Source: Pseudomonadota bacterium
Lineage (GTDB): Bacteria; Pseudomonadota; Gammaproteobacteria; Steroidobacterales; JBCAXP01
Direction: 5' to 3'
DNA length: 52,865 nucleotides
Assembly: GCA_038533995.1 (NCBI GenBank)
Contig: JBCAXP010000001.1
Span: 1 to 52,865 of the forward strand
Made by a program: the position numbers and the translations under genes
The notes under the pieces: model-generated
What the model saw: the letters and a program-made list of their open reading frames with translations, nothing else
What the model was told of the DNA's origin: nothing
Databases searched by the model: none
In this document: positions 29,371 through 36,173 of the stretch, in pieces
Numbering within the stretch: position 1 is the first letter of the stretch
Layout of the letters: every line of letters starts with the position of its first letter

Positions 29371-29514
29371 ATGAATCAAAGTCGCATGTGGCTGGTGGTG
29401 AACCCTACGATCGGCATCCCGCTTTTTTTGGGTGGGGTCGCACTGATCTCTTTCACGGTTCATTTCGCTATCCTCAACAATACGACGTGGTTCGCGAAGT
29501 TTTTCGGCGGCTGA
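29371..29514 (+). CDS. pucA: Light-harvesting complex 2 alpha apoprotein
   Basis: Not in the ORF track (47 aa). The sequence is [47 protein letters not shown]. Compare the LH2 alpha pattern MNQGKIW.VVNP.IGIP..LG......VH.AIL..TTW. AAGGAG lies 6 nt upstream of the ATG. Confidence 0.92.
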   Translation: MNQSRMWLVVNPTIGIPLFLGGVALISFTVHFAILNNTTWFAKFFGG

Positions 29515-29549
29515 TAAAGCCAACTCGGAAAACCAGCGAAAAACCCTAG

Positions 29550-29577
29550 CACCGGGTCCGGAATTCCGGGCCCGGTG
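29550..29577 (+). terminator. Stem-loop after pucA (12-bp stem incl. one G-U; attenuator / mRNA-stabilising element)
   Basis: CACCGGGTCCGG-aatt-CCGGGCCCGGTG begins 36 nt after the pucA stop. No U-tract follows. Confidence 0.55.
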
Positions 29578-29630
29578 ACGGGTACAATCTGATCCGTGGC
29601 GACACGGGCTTTCACCTGAGGGGCATATCA

Positions 29631-30305
29631 ATGTTTCCCATTACACGTTTGTATGCATCGGAAGACGCTGCGCACGCCGCCATCGCAAAGGTGGTGGAGC
29701 TCGAGGTTTCTCCCGATGTCGTAACGGTCGTTAACCCCAACGTCGAAGATGCCGCCGCCGCGGTGGACGCGCTGATCGACGCTGGCAAGGCCCGCTCGGG
29801 CCACCGCTATGCGTTGCGTAAGGCCCTGGCTAACGGCCGGACCATCGTCAGCGTTCTCCCGGAGTGGGGCATGGGCAGCGCGGTGGAGAACACGCTCGAA
29901 AACAACGGCGCTGTCGATTCCGACACGATTCGCGACTACAACAAGAGCAGCCCCACGCCGTTCTCTGACTTCTTTGGTCTGCCGGTGCTGATCAAAAGCA
30001 AGTCGCATACAGAACTGATCAAGTTTGACTCCGACTCGTCGTTCGGCCTTGACCTGATCAGCCGCAAGGCGACGCCACTCTCTTCCCTGTTCGGCATTAA
30101 GCTGCTATCGAAGCACAAGAGCGCCAGGGGTACTTCGATCGAGAAGATGTCCAGTCAGCCGGCATGGCTGTCTTCGAAGATTGGCCTGAAGCTCTTGTCG
30201 AAGCATAAGAGTGCCAGGGGCACCTCGATTGAGCGTCTGTCCAGCAGGGGCACGCTTTTCTCGGGCTTTCTCGGCCTTCCGGTTCTGACAAAGCGCAAGA
30301 AATAA
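29631..30305 (+). CDS. Uncharacterised protein between pucA and pucC; the C-terminal half is built of basic G-L-x-x-L-[IST]-[KR] repeats
   Basis: 224 aa, with GAGGGG 8 nt upstream of the ATG. Five motif copies are present: FGLPVLIK, FGLDLISR, FGIKLLSK, IGLKLLSK and LGLPVLTK. Two 30-aa units are conserved at protein level but use different synonymous codons. Confidence 0.65.
   Translation: MFPITRLYASEDAAHAAIAKVVELEVSPDVVTVVNPNVEDAAAAVDALIDAGKARSGHRYALRKALANGRTIVSVLPEWGMGSAVENTLENNGAVDSDTIRDYNKSSPTPFSDFFGLPVLIKSKSHTELIKFDSDSSFGLDLISRKATPLSSLFGIKLLSKHKSARGTSIEKMSSQPAWLSSKIGLKLLSKHKSARGTSIERLSSRGTLFSGFLGLPVLTKRKK
30087..30266 (+). repeat. Two tandem 90-nt (30-aa) coding repeats inside the pucA-pucC gene
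   Basis: The units are LFGIKLLSKHKSARGTSIEKMSS... and KIGLKLLSKHKSARGTSIERLSS.... In the 21-codon core, 18 residues are identical and 8 of those use different synonymous codons. Confidence 0.85.
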
Positions 30306-30323
30306 GTCGGTCTGAAGCAAGAA

Positions 30324-30341
30324 TGTCAGGATAAACTGACA
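30324..30341. promoter_or_regulatory. PpsR/CrtJ-type palindrome upstream of pucC (also the core of an 11-bp perfect hairpin, 30319-30346)
   Basis: TGTCAGGATAAACTGACA fits TGT-N12-ACA. The extended inverted repeat is AAGAATGTCAG-gataaa-CTGACATTCTT. TTGACA at 30361-30366 plus N18 and TATGGT follows, mirroring the pucB promoter layout. Confidence 0.55.
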
Positions 30342-30498
30342 TTCTTGGCGACAACTTCTATTGACACTCGCGGGCAAGCACCGTTATGGTGGTCTTGCCC
30401 GGCAGTGCTTGCCGCAGGCATTTGTTTCCTGGCCGGGTGCCGGGACGGCCACCTGTACGAGGTTGCTCCAGGGCCCGGGAAGAGTTGATCTAACCGAC

Positions 30499-31953
30499 AT
30501 GCCCACACTTAGCCAGCGGTTCACTTTCTGGTTGGTCTCGAAAGGGTCGAAATACATGCCGTTTGCCGATGTTGCAACGGCAGACCTGCCGCTCAGCCGG
30601 CTCCTTCGCCTTTCCCTCTTCCAGGTAACTACCGGCATGGCGCTGGTGCTTCTCGTTGGCACTCTCAACCGCGTCATGATCGTTGAGCTCGCGGTGCCGG
30701 CGGCGCTCGTCGGCATCATGCTCGCTTTGCCTCTTGTGTTTGCGCCGTTCAGGGCGCTCATCGGGCACAAGTCCGACACTCACCGCTGCGAGCTTGGCTG
30801 GCGCCGCGTCCCGTTCATATGGAAGGGCACGCTGTGGCAATTCGGCGGCTTTGCCGTGATGCCCTTCGCTTTGCTCGTGCTGGCCGGCAAGGGCGAAGCC
30901 GGAACCGCGCCGCTGTGGATTGGCCATAGCGCGGCGGCACTGGCGTTTTTGCTGGTTGGCGCCGGCGTGCATACCGTGCAGACCGCGGGTCTGGCACTGG
31001 CCACGGACCTGACGCCCCGCGAGTCCCACCCGCGCGTTGTTGGCCTCATGTACGTGATGCTGCTGGTCGGCATGATAGTCAGCGCACTGCTGTTTGGTGC
31101 TGCGCTCAGAGACTTCAGCCCCGGGCGGCTGATACAGGTTATCCAGGGTGCGGCGCTCGTTTCGATCGTGCTGAACGTCGTTGCCATGTGGAAGCAGGAA
31201 ACGCGTCAGCGGCGGCCAAAACCCGCCGTGCCGGATCCCACGTTCCGCGAATCATGGAACGAGTTTTGCCGCGGCGAGCAAACCCGCCGGCGCCTGGCGA
31301 TCGTGGGCCTGGGTTCCATGGCCTTTGCGATGGCTGACGTATTGCTGGAGCCTTTCGGCGGGCAGGTACTGTCGATGTCCGTCGCGGCGACGACCAAGCT
31401 CACGGCGTTGCTCGCACTTGGCGGGCTGATGGGCTTTGCCTTCGCCTCGCGGCAGGTCGGCCGCGGCGCCGACGCGTACCGCATGGCCCTGCTCGGTGCC
31501 CTCGTCGGTCTGCCCGCCTTCATGCTGGTTATCGCCGCTGCGCCGCTCGGCATGACGGCGCTGTTTCTTGCGGGCAACTTCCTCATCGGCTTTGGCGGTG
31601 CACTGTTTGGCCACGGCACGCTCACGGCGACGATGCAGCGTGCGCCCGCTTCCCAGTCAGGCCTTGCGCTCGGTGCCTGGGGCGCAGTTCAGGCGACGGC
31701 GGTTGGCGTTGCCATGGCCGTGAGCGGCGCGCTTCGCGACGTGGTCACCACGTCCTGGAGCGGCAACGGCTTCTGGGGCCTGGGCAGCGAAGCGAGTGGT
31801 TACTTCACCGTCTACGGCGTGGAAATGGTGCTGCTCGTGGTCACGGTGGTCGCAACGCTTCCGCTTATTCGCAGCCTCGGCCAGCAGCGCAGCCGGAACG
31901 TGTCGCCTGGTGTTTCGGCGAGCGAAGTGGTGCCGGGGCAGCGCACCGCGTAG
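30499..31953 (+). CDS. pucC: PucC / LhaA-family MFS protein (LH2 assembly factor)
   Basis: PFADVATADLPLSRLLRLSLFQVTTGMALVLLVGTLNRVMIVELAVPAALVGIMLALPLVFAPFRALIGHKSDTHRCELGWRRVPFIWKGTLWQFGGFAVMPFALL matches the PucC signature. The start is ATG at 30499. The track TTG start at 30361 lies in the promoter/palindrome region. Confidence 0.9.
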   Translation: MPTLSQRFTFWLVSKGSKYMPFADVATADLPLSRLLRLSLFQVTTGMALVLLVGTLNRVMIVELAVPAALVGIMLALPLVFAPFRALIGHKSDTHRCELGWRRVPFIWKGTLWQFGGFAVMPFALLVLAGKGEAGTAPLWIGHSAAALAFLLVGAGVHTVQTAGLALATDLTPRESHPRVVGLMYVMLLVGMIVSALLFGAALRDFSPGRLIQVIQGAALVSIVLNVVAMWKQETRQRRPKPAVPDPTFRESWNEFCRGEQTRRRLAIVGLGSMAFAMADVLLEPFGGQVLSMSVAATTKLTALLALGGLMGFAFASRQVGRGADAYRMALLGALVGLPAFMLVIAAAPLGMTALFLAGNFLIGFGGALFGHGTLTATMQRAPASQSGLALGAWGAVQATAVGVAMAVSGALRDVVTTSWSGNGFWGLGSEASGYFTVYGVEMVLLVVTVVATLPLIRSLGQQRSRNVSPGVSASEVVPGQRTA

Positions 31954-31963
31954 GCGTATCACT

Positions 31964-32473
31964 TTGACTACGCTCACCGTCATAGAGTATCCCGATCCGT
32001 TACTGCGCGAGCCGTCGTTGGCGGTGGATACCTTCGACGCATCGACGCAGCAGCTTGCCGGCGACCTCATCGACACGATGTACGCGGCGAAATGCATCGG
32101 TCTGAGCGCCGTACAGGTCGGCGTTCATCAGCAGATGCTCGTGATGGATCACTCGTCGGACCAGTCAGAGCCCGAAGTGTACGTGAACCCCGAGATCCTG
32201 CTGCAAAAGCGAACGGGGCTCATCGAAGAGCGCTGTGTGTCGGTGCCCGGCCAGGTTGCCTTTGTTCTTCGGGCAACGCAGTTACTCGTGCGTGCCAGGG
32301 ATGAGCACGGCACGACCTTTGAACGCGAACTCCTCGGCATGCCGGCGGTGTGCCTGCAGCACGAGATGGATCATTTCGACGGCAAGCTTCTCGTTGACCG
32401 CCTCAACTGGTTCAAACGCCGCCGGCTGCACGCAGCGCTGGACAAGGCCGGACAGCTCGCGGCGTCTGCCTGA
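31964..32473 (+). CDS. def: Peptide deformylase paralog (divergent motifs 1 and 2)
   Basis: The start is an in-frame TTG at 31964, 10 nt after the pucC stop. Motif 1 is CIGLSAVQVG, motif 2 is ERCVSVPG (canonical EGCLS) and motif 3 is QHEMDHFDG. The Cys and both His metal ligands are present. Confidence 0.75.
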   Translation: MTTLTVIEYPDPLLREPSLAVDTFDASTQQLAGDLIDTMYAAKCIGLSAVQVGVHQQMLVMDHSSDQSEPEVYVNPEILLQKRTGLIEERCVSVPGQVAFVLRATQLLVRARDEHGTTFERELLGMPAVCLQHEMDHFDGKLLVDRLNWFKRRRLHAALDKAGQLAASA

Positions 32474-32499
32474 CCTGCAGCCTGGCCGAGATTTACGGG

Positions 32500-32898
32500 T
32501 CAGGTTCTTCGGCTTTTTCCGGGCCGGGACTCACGTACGGACTTCAACCAGTTGCTCAACGTCGACTGCTGACGCGCGGTTAGTTCAAGCGCGCCTGCCA
32601 TCAGCTCGATCGTATCGATAACCCGGCTGCGAATAGCGGCGCTGGCCTCGGTGTCCGGAATGGCAGGCCCCTTGCCAAACAGAATCCAGCTCGGAGAAAC
32701 GCGAGTGATCTCGGCGATCGCCTGGATGATTTTCAGGTTCGGGTTTTTCGGCTCGGTGGTTTCCAGGCGGTGGAGACCGGTTTTGGATAGCTCAATGCCG
32801 AATTCGCGAAGCTCGGCCCGTAGGCCGGCAGGGTCCATCTGCGCGCGCTGGCGCGCGAAACGAATGCGTTCGGCAATGTTGGCGGGTGCTTCGCTCAC
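32500..32898 (-). CDS. XRE-family helix-turn-helix transcriptional regulator
   Basis: IAERIRFARQRAQMDPAGLRAELREFGIELSKTGLHRLETTEPKNPNLKIIQAIAEITRVSPSWILFG. The preferred start is GTG at 32898 (GGAG 5 nt upstream). The track start is 32934. Confidence 0.7.
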   Translation of the reverse strand: MSEAPANIAERIRFARQRAQMDPAGLRAELREFGIELSKTGLHRLETTEPKNPNLKIIQAIAEITRVSPSWILFGKGPAIPDTEASAAIRSRVIDTIELMAGALELTARQQSTLSNWLKSVRESRPGKSRRT

Positions 32899-32939
32899 GG
32901 CGTCTCCAGGAAGGGTGCTGCCACCGTATAGCACACGAC

Positions 32940-32961
32940 GCCGGAGTTCGAAAACTCCGGC
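32940..32961. other. Perfect 9-bp stem / 4-nt loop hairpin
   Basis: GCCGGAGTT-cgaa-AACTCCGGC. It lies in the lipoprotein-HTH intergenic region. Confidence 0.5.
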
Positions 32962-32993
32962 GCTCCAGGGTGTATTCCATTCCTGGTGAGGGG

Positions 32994-33027
32994 CGCCGCT
33001 GCCCGCCAGGGGAAGCGGGCAGCGGCG
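32994..33027. terminator. Perfect 13-bp GC-rich stem / 8-nt loop hairpin downstream of the 33118..33480 gene
   Basis: CGCCGCTGCCCGC-caggggaa-GCGGGCAGCGGCG. It begins 91 nt after the minus-strand stop at 33118. There is no U-tract. Confidence 0.45.
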
Positions 33028-33117
33028 GCTTGTGCAGACCGGGCCGTCCAGGGGAGTGACGATTCGAACTGCTCTCAGATATACCTGCGTAATCTGGAGC
33101 GAAAAAGGGCCAAACCC

Positions 33118-33480
33118 TTACTCCTGGATCTTGTGGGGCTGAAGTTCGCTGTCCACGAGTTGCGCGAGCGCTGACGAAGGCGTCGACAGGTAAAGATGCA
33201 CCCAGCCCTGCTGCTCCCGCCACACGTGATAGAGGAGTTCGGTATCGGTGCCATTCACCGTCACGGCAAACTTCTGCTGCTTTTCTTCGTCGATTGATAC
33301 GGATTCGGTCAGCGTAACCAGTGCATCGACATCCACGGCAGAGTCCGTGGCCAGGTTCAGTGCTGCCAGGAACACCGGCACGGCGTCATCGGTAACGTTG
33401 CCGGTGACAGTGATGTTCTCCGGTTCGGAAGGTGAGCACGCAAAAAGAAGCAGGACGAAAGGGACGAGAAGAGCTTTCAC
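33118..33480 (-). CDS. Small lipoprotein, unknown function
   Basis: MKALLVPFVLLLFAC/SPSE has a signal peptide and a lipobox. No other motif was recognised. Confidence 0.5.
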   Translation of the reverse strand: MKALLVPFVLLLFACSPSEPENITVTGNVTDDAVPVFLAALNLATDSAVDVDALVTLTESVSIDEEKQQKFAVTVNGTDTELLYHVWREQQGWVHLYLSTPSSALAQLVDSELQPHKIQE

Positions 33481-33741
33481 TGGCGACTCCTGTTATCAAT
33501 GGCGGTTGACGTTGGCAACGGCGCCTGTTGTGCAGACAGCGGTCTCCCCTCTTACAATGGCGCGCGAGCCCGTGCAAGCGGTTTGCGCCAGGCAGAGCCC
33601 AGGTCGCGATGACCCGAGCGGGCGGCAGCGTTGGTTGACTCTGCGATGCTCACCAAGGCAATGTTCCCACTGCACCGACGTTGTGCTGCACGCCTTGCCT
33701 GCAGCTCCCTACCTGAAGACGCCAGACATGGAGTTAAGTTG

Positions 33742-35898
33742 ATGATCAGGACAGCATTCGGATTCTTACTGATGATGTGCGCGGTGTTCGCGCACGCCGA
33801 GGAAATCCACTGGCCGCAGGAGCTCACCGCAGACAACGGCGCAGTCATCGTTATCTACCAGCCGCAGATCGAGACGTTCTCGGGCAACAGTCTCGAAGGG
33901 CGGGCCGCGGTCTCGGTCAAGTCGGAAGAAACGGGCGGCGCGCCGGTGTTCGGGGCGATCTGGTTCCAGGCAAAGATCGACACGGACCGCGACACGCGCT
34001 CAGCGCTCATTCGCGACGTGGACGTTGCCGACGTGCGCTTCGCCGATGCCACCGACGCGCAGAAGGAGAGCCTGGCCAAGTTTATCGAGGGCAGAATTGA
34101 AGGTTCCGCGTTCCCGATCAGCGTCGACCAGGTGCTGACCGATCTCGACACCGCGGGCGGCGCCGATGCAGAACTCAAGCACGATGCCCCCGAGATCATG
34201 CTGTCCACGGTGCCGGCGCTGCTGGTGTCCATCGACGGTGAGCCCAGGCTGGAGAAAATCGACGGCTCGAAGTACGAACGCGTCGTGAACACGCCGTTCC
34301 TGATCGTGAAAGACGGCAGCGACTACTATCTCTACATCGGCAGCGACGCCTGGTACGAGGCGAACGCCATCGCCGGTCCGTGGGCCGAGACGGGTCGCGT
34401 GCCGCAGGACATCCGCTCGCTCGTCGAGCCTGCAGAAGACGACGACGCAAAGACGGACGGGCTTCGCATCATCATCGCCACGACACCCACGGAGCTGGTG
34501 GTGTCAGACGGCCCGCCGTCCTGGACGCCTGTTGAAGGCATGGGCCTTCTCTACATGGATAACACCGACAGCAACGCGTTCCTGGAGCTGTCGACGCAGC
34601 GCTACTACGTGCTGCTGTCAGGCCGCTGGTACCGCAGCGAAGGTATGGAAGGCGAGCTCACCTGGATGCACGTGCCCAATGACCAGCTGCCCGAACCGTT
34701 CGCAGACATTCCGGAAGACTCGGTGAACGGCGCCGTCCTGAGCCAGGTGGCTGGTACGCAGCAGGCACGGGAGGCGGTGCTAGACAACACCATTCCGCAA
34801 ACCGCCGCGATTCAGCGCGACGACGATTCGTTCACTGTCGAGTACGACGGCAAGCCGGACTTTGCGCCGATCGAGAACATCCAGGTGCAGTACGCGCAGA
34901 ACACGAGCGAGTCGGTATTCAAGTACGGCAAGGACTACTTCGCGTGTAACGATGGCGTCTGGTACCAGTCGGCGAGCGCCACCGGACCGTGGAAGGTTGC
35001 CACCGAGGTACCGCAGGCCATCTACGACATTCCGGCCTCCAACCCGCACCACAACGTGACGTACGTGAAAGTGTACGACGTTACGCCGCAGGTAGTGTAC
35101 GTGGGCTACACGCCGGGCTACTACGGCAGCTACTACTATCGCGGCACGGTGATTTATGGCACGGGCTGGTACTACAACCCGTGGTACGGCCGTTACTACT
35201 ACCCGCGTTACCCGACCTGGGGTTTTCACGTGCACTACAACCCCTGGTACGGCTGGGGCTTCGGTGTGTCATGGACGAACGGGCCGTTTCGCTTCACCTT
35301 CTCGAGCCGCGGCGCCTGGTGGGGCGTGGGCGGTTACCGCCCTTACCCGCGCCCGGTGCCGTACGGCGGCTACCGCAAGACCAATATCAACATCAACAAC
35401 ACGATCAACATCAATGGTCGCCCCAACCGCCCGCAGACCCGGCCCAATCTCTACAACCGGCCGCAGAACTTAAAGCGCAATGCGCAGCGGCCGGCGGTGC
35501 CGGCAGACCGCCGCGCACGGCCTGCCAACAACCTGCAGAACAACGTACTGACAGACCGGTCGGGCAACGTGTATCAGCGTGATAACAACGGCAGTTGGAA
35601 ACAGCGCGACAACGGCCAGTGGAAGCCGCCGCAGAACCTCGACCGCTCGGCGCCGTCGACGCGGCCGTCGCAACTGCCGTCGTCACGGCCATCGCAGCTG
35701 CCGTCTTCGCGGCCATCGCAGATGCCCTCGTCCCGGCCATCGCAAATGCCGTCGTCACGCCCGTCGCAGTTTCCGTCGAGCCGTCCTGCACAGCCGGCGG
35801 TTCGGCCGCAGCTCGAGCGGGACTTCGGCGCGCGTCAGCAGGGTATGCGGCGCAGCCAGGGATTTCAGCGCCAAGGTGGCGGTGGGCGGCGCCGCTAG
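33742..35898 (+). CDS. Secreted protein of unknown function with a Tyr/Trp-rich block, an Asn/Ile tract and Ser/Pro tandem repeats
   Basis: The start is ATG at 33742 (GGAG 8 nt upstream), giving MIRTAFGFLLMMCAVFAHA/EE with a signal peptide. The track start at 33631 is rejected. Confidence 0.7.
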   Translation: MIRTAFGFLLMMCAVFAHAEEIHWPQELTADNGAVIVIYQPQIETFSGNSLEGRAAVSVKSEETGGAPVFGAIWFQAKIDTDRDTRSALIRDVDVADVRFADATDAQKESLAKFIEGRIEGSAFPISVDQVLTDLDTAGGADAELKHDAPEIMLSTVPALLVSIDGEPRLEKIDGSKYERVVNTPFLIVKDGSDYYLYIGSDAWYEANAIAGPWAETGRVPQDIRSLVEPAEDDDAKTDGLRIIIATTPTELVVSDGPPSWTPVEGMGLLYMDNTDSNAFLELSTQRYYVLLSGRWYRSEGMEGELTWMHVPNDQLPEPFADIPEDSVNGAVLSQVAGTQQAREAVLDNTIPQTAAIQRDDDSFTVEYDGKPDFAPIENIQVQYAQNTSESVFKYGKDYFACNDGVWYQSASATGPWKVATEVPQAIYDIPASNPHHNVTYVKVYDVTPQVVYVGYTPGYYGSYYYRGTVIYGTGWYYNPWYGRYYYPRYPTWGFHVHYNPWYGWGFGVSWTNGPFRFTFSSRGAWWGVGGYRPYPRPVPYGGYRKTNININNTININGRPNRPQTRPNLYNRPQNLKRNAQRPAVPADRRARPANNLQNNVLTDRSGNVYQRDNNGSWKQRDNGQWKPPQNLDRSAPSTRPSQLPSSRPSQLPSSRPSQMPSSRPSQMPSSRPSQFPSSRPAQPAVRPQLERDFGARQQGMRRSQGFQRQGGGGRRR
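35659..35796 (+). repeat. 24-nt (8-aa) tandem coding repeat, five full copies plus a partial one: (S/T)RPSQ(L/M/F)PS
   Basis: The copies read TRPSQLPS SRPSQLPS SRPSQMPS SRPSQMPS SRPSQFPS SRPAQP, taken directly from the frame of the 33742 gene. Confidence 0.9.
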
Positions 35899-36173
35899 GG
35901 GAGGTATACGTGCCGCGGTGCTGACCGTTCTGGATTCTCACGACGTCGGTCAGTCCACACCGCGTCAACGTCGACATTCAGCCTTCGTAACACGTTACGT
36001 ACCGACTCGGCGTCCGGCGCGCGAAAGTGACACAGCAGCCGGTCCGAATGCTGCGACTCCACGGTGCGCAGCCACTGCACGCGGTGAAGCAGCACGCAAG
36101 TGGCCGCGTTCAGGTTGGCCGGCAGGGCGCCGCTCGCAACGCGGCACTCCACATACACGTCCGTGAGCTTCAA
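35895..36173 (-). CDS. Single-domain DUF4242-like protein
   Basis: The start is TTG at 36173, a TTGA overlap with the upstream stop. It contains LLCHFRAPDAESVRNVLRR, the same motif seen twice in the 38173..38712 protein. The longer track ORF (to 36431) overlaps the upstream gene and is rejected. Confidence 0.55.
   Translation of the reverse strand: MKLTDVYVECRVASGALPANLNAATCVLLHRVQWLRTVESQHSDRLLCHFRAPDAESVRNVLRRLNVDVDAVWTDRRRENPERSAPRHVYLP

Noticed and set aside
30361-30498. TTG-initiated 46-aa extension of pucC
   Set aside because: It begins inside the TTGACA promoter box downstream of the PpsR-type palindrome. The ATG at 30499 gives an N-terminus collinear with known PucC.
32469-32504. 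Possible terminator between def and the XRE gene (CCTGACC...GGTCAGG followed by a T-rich run)
   Set aside because: The stem is only 7 bp with a 22-nt loop, and it overlaps the XRE stop codon. It is too weak to call.
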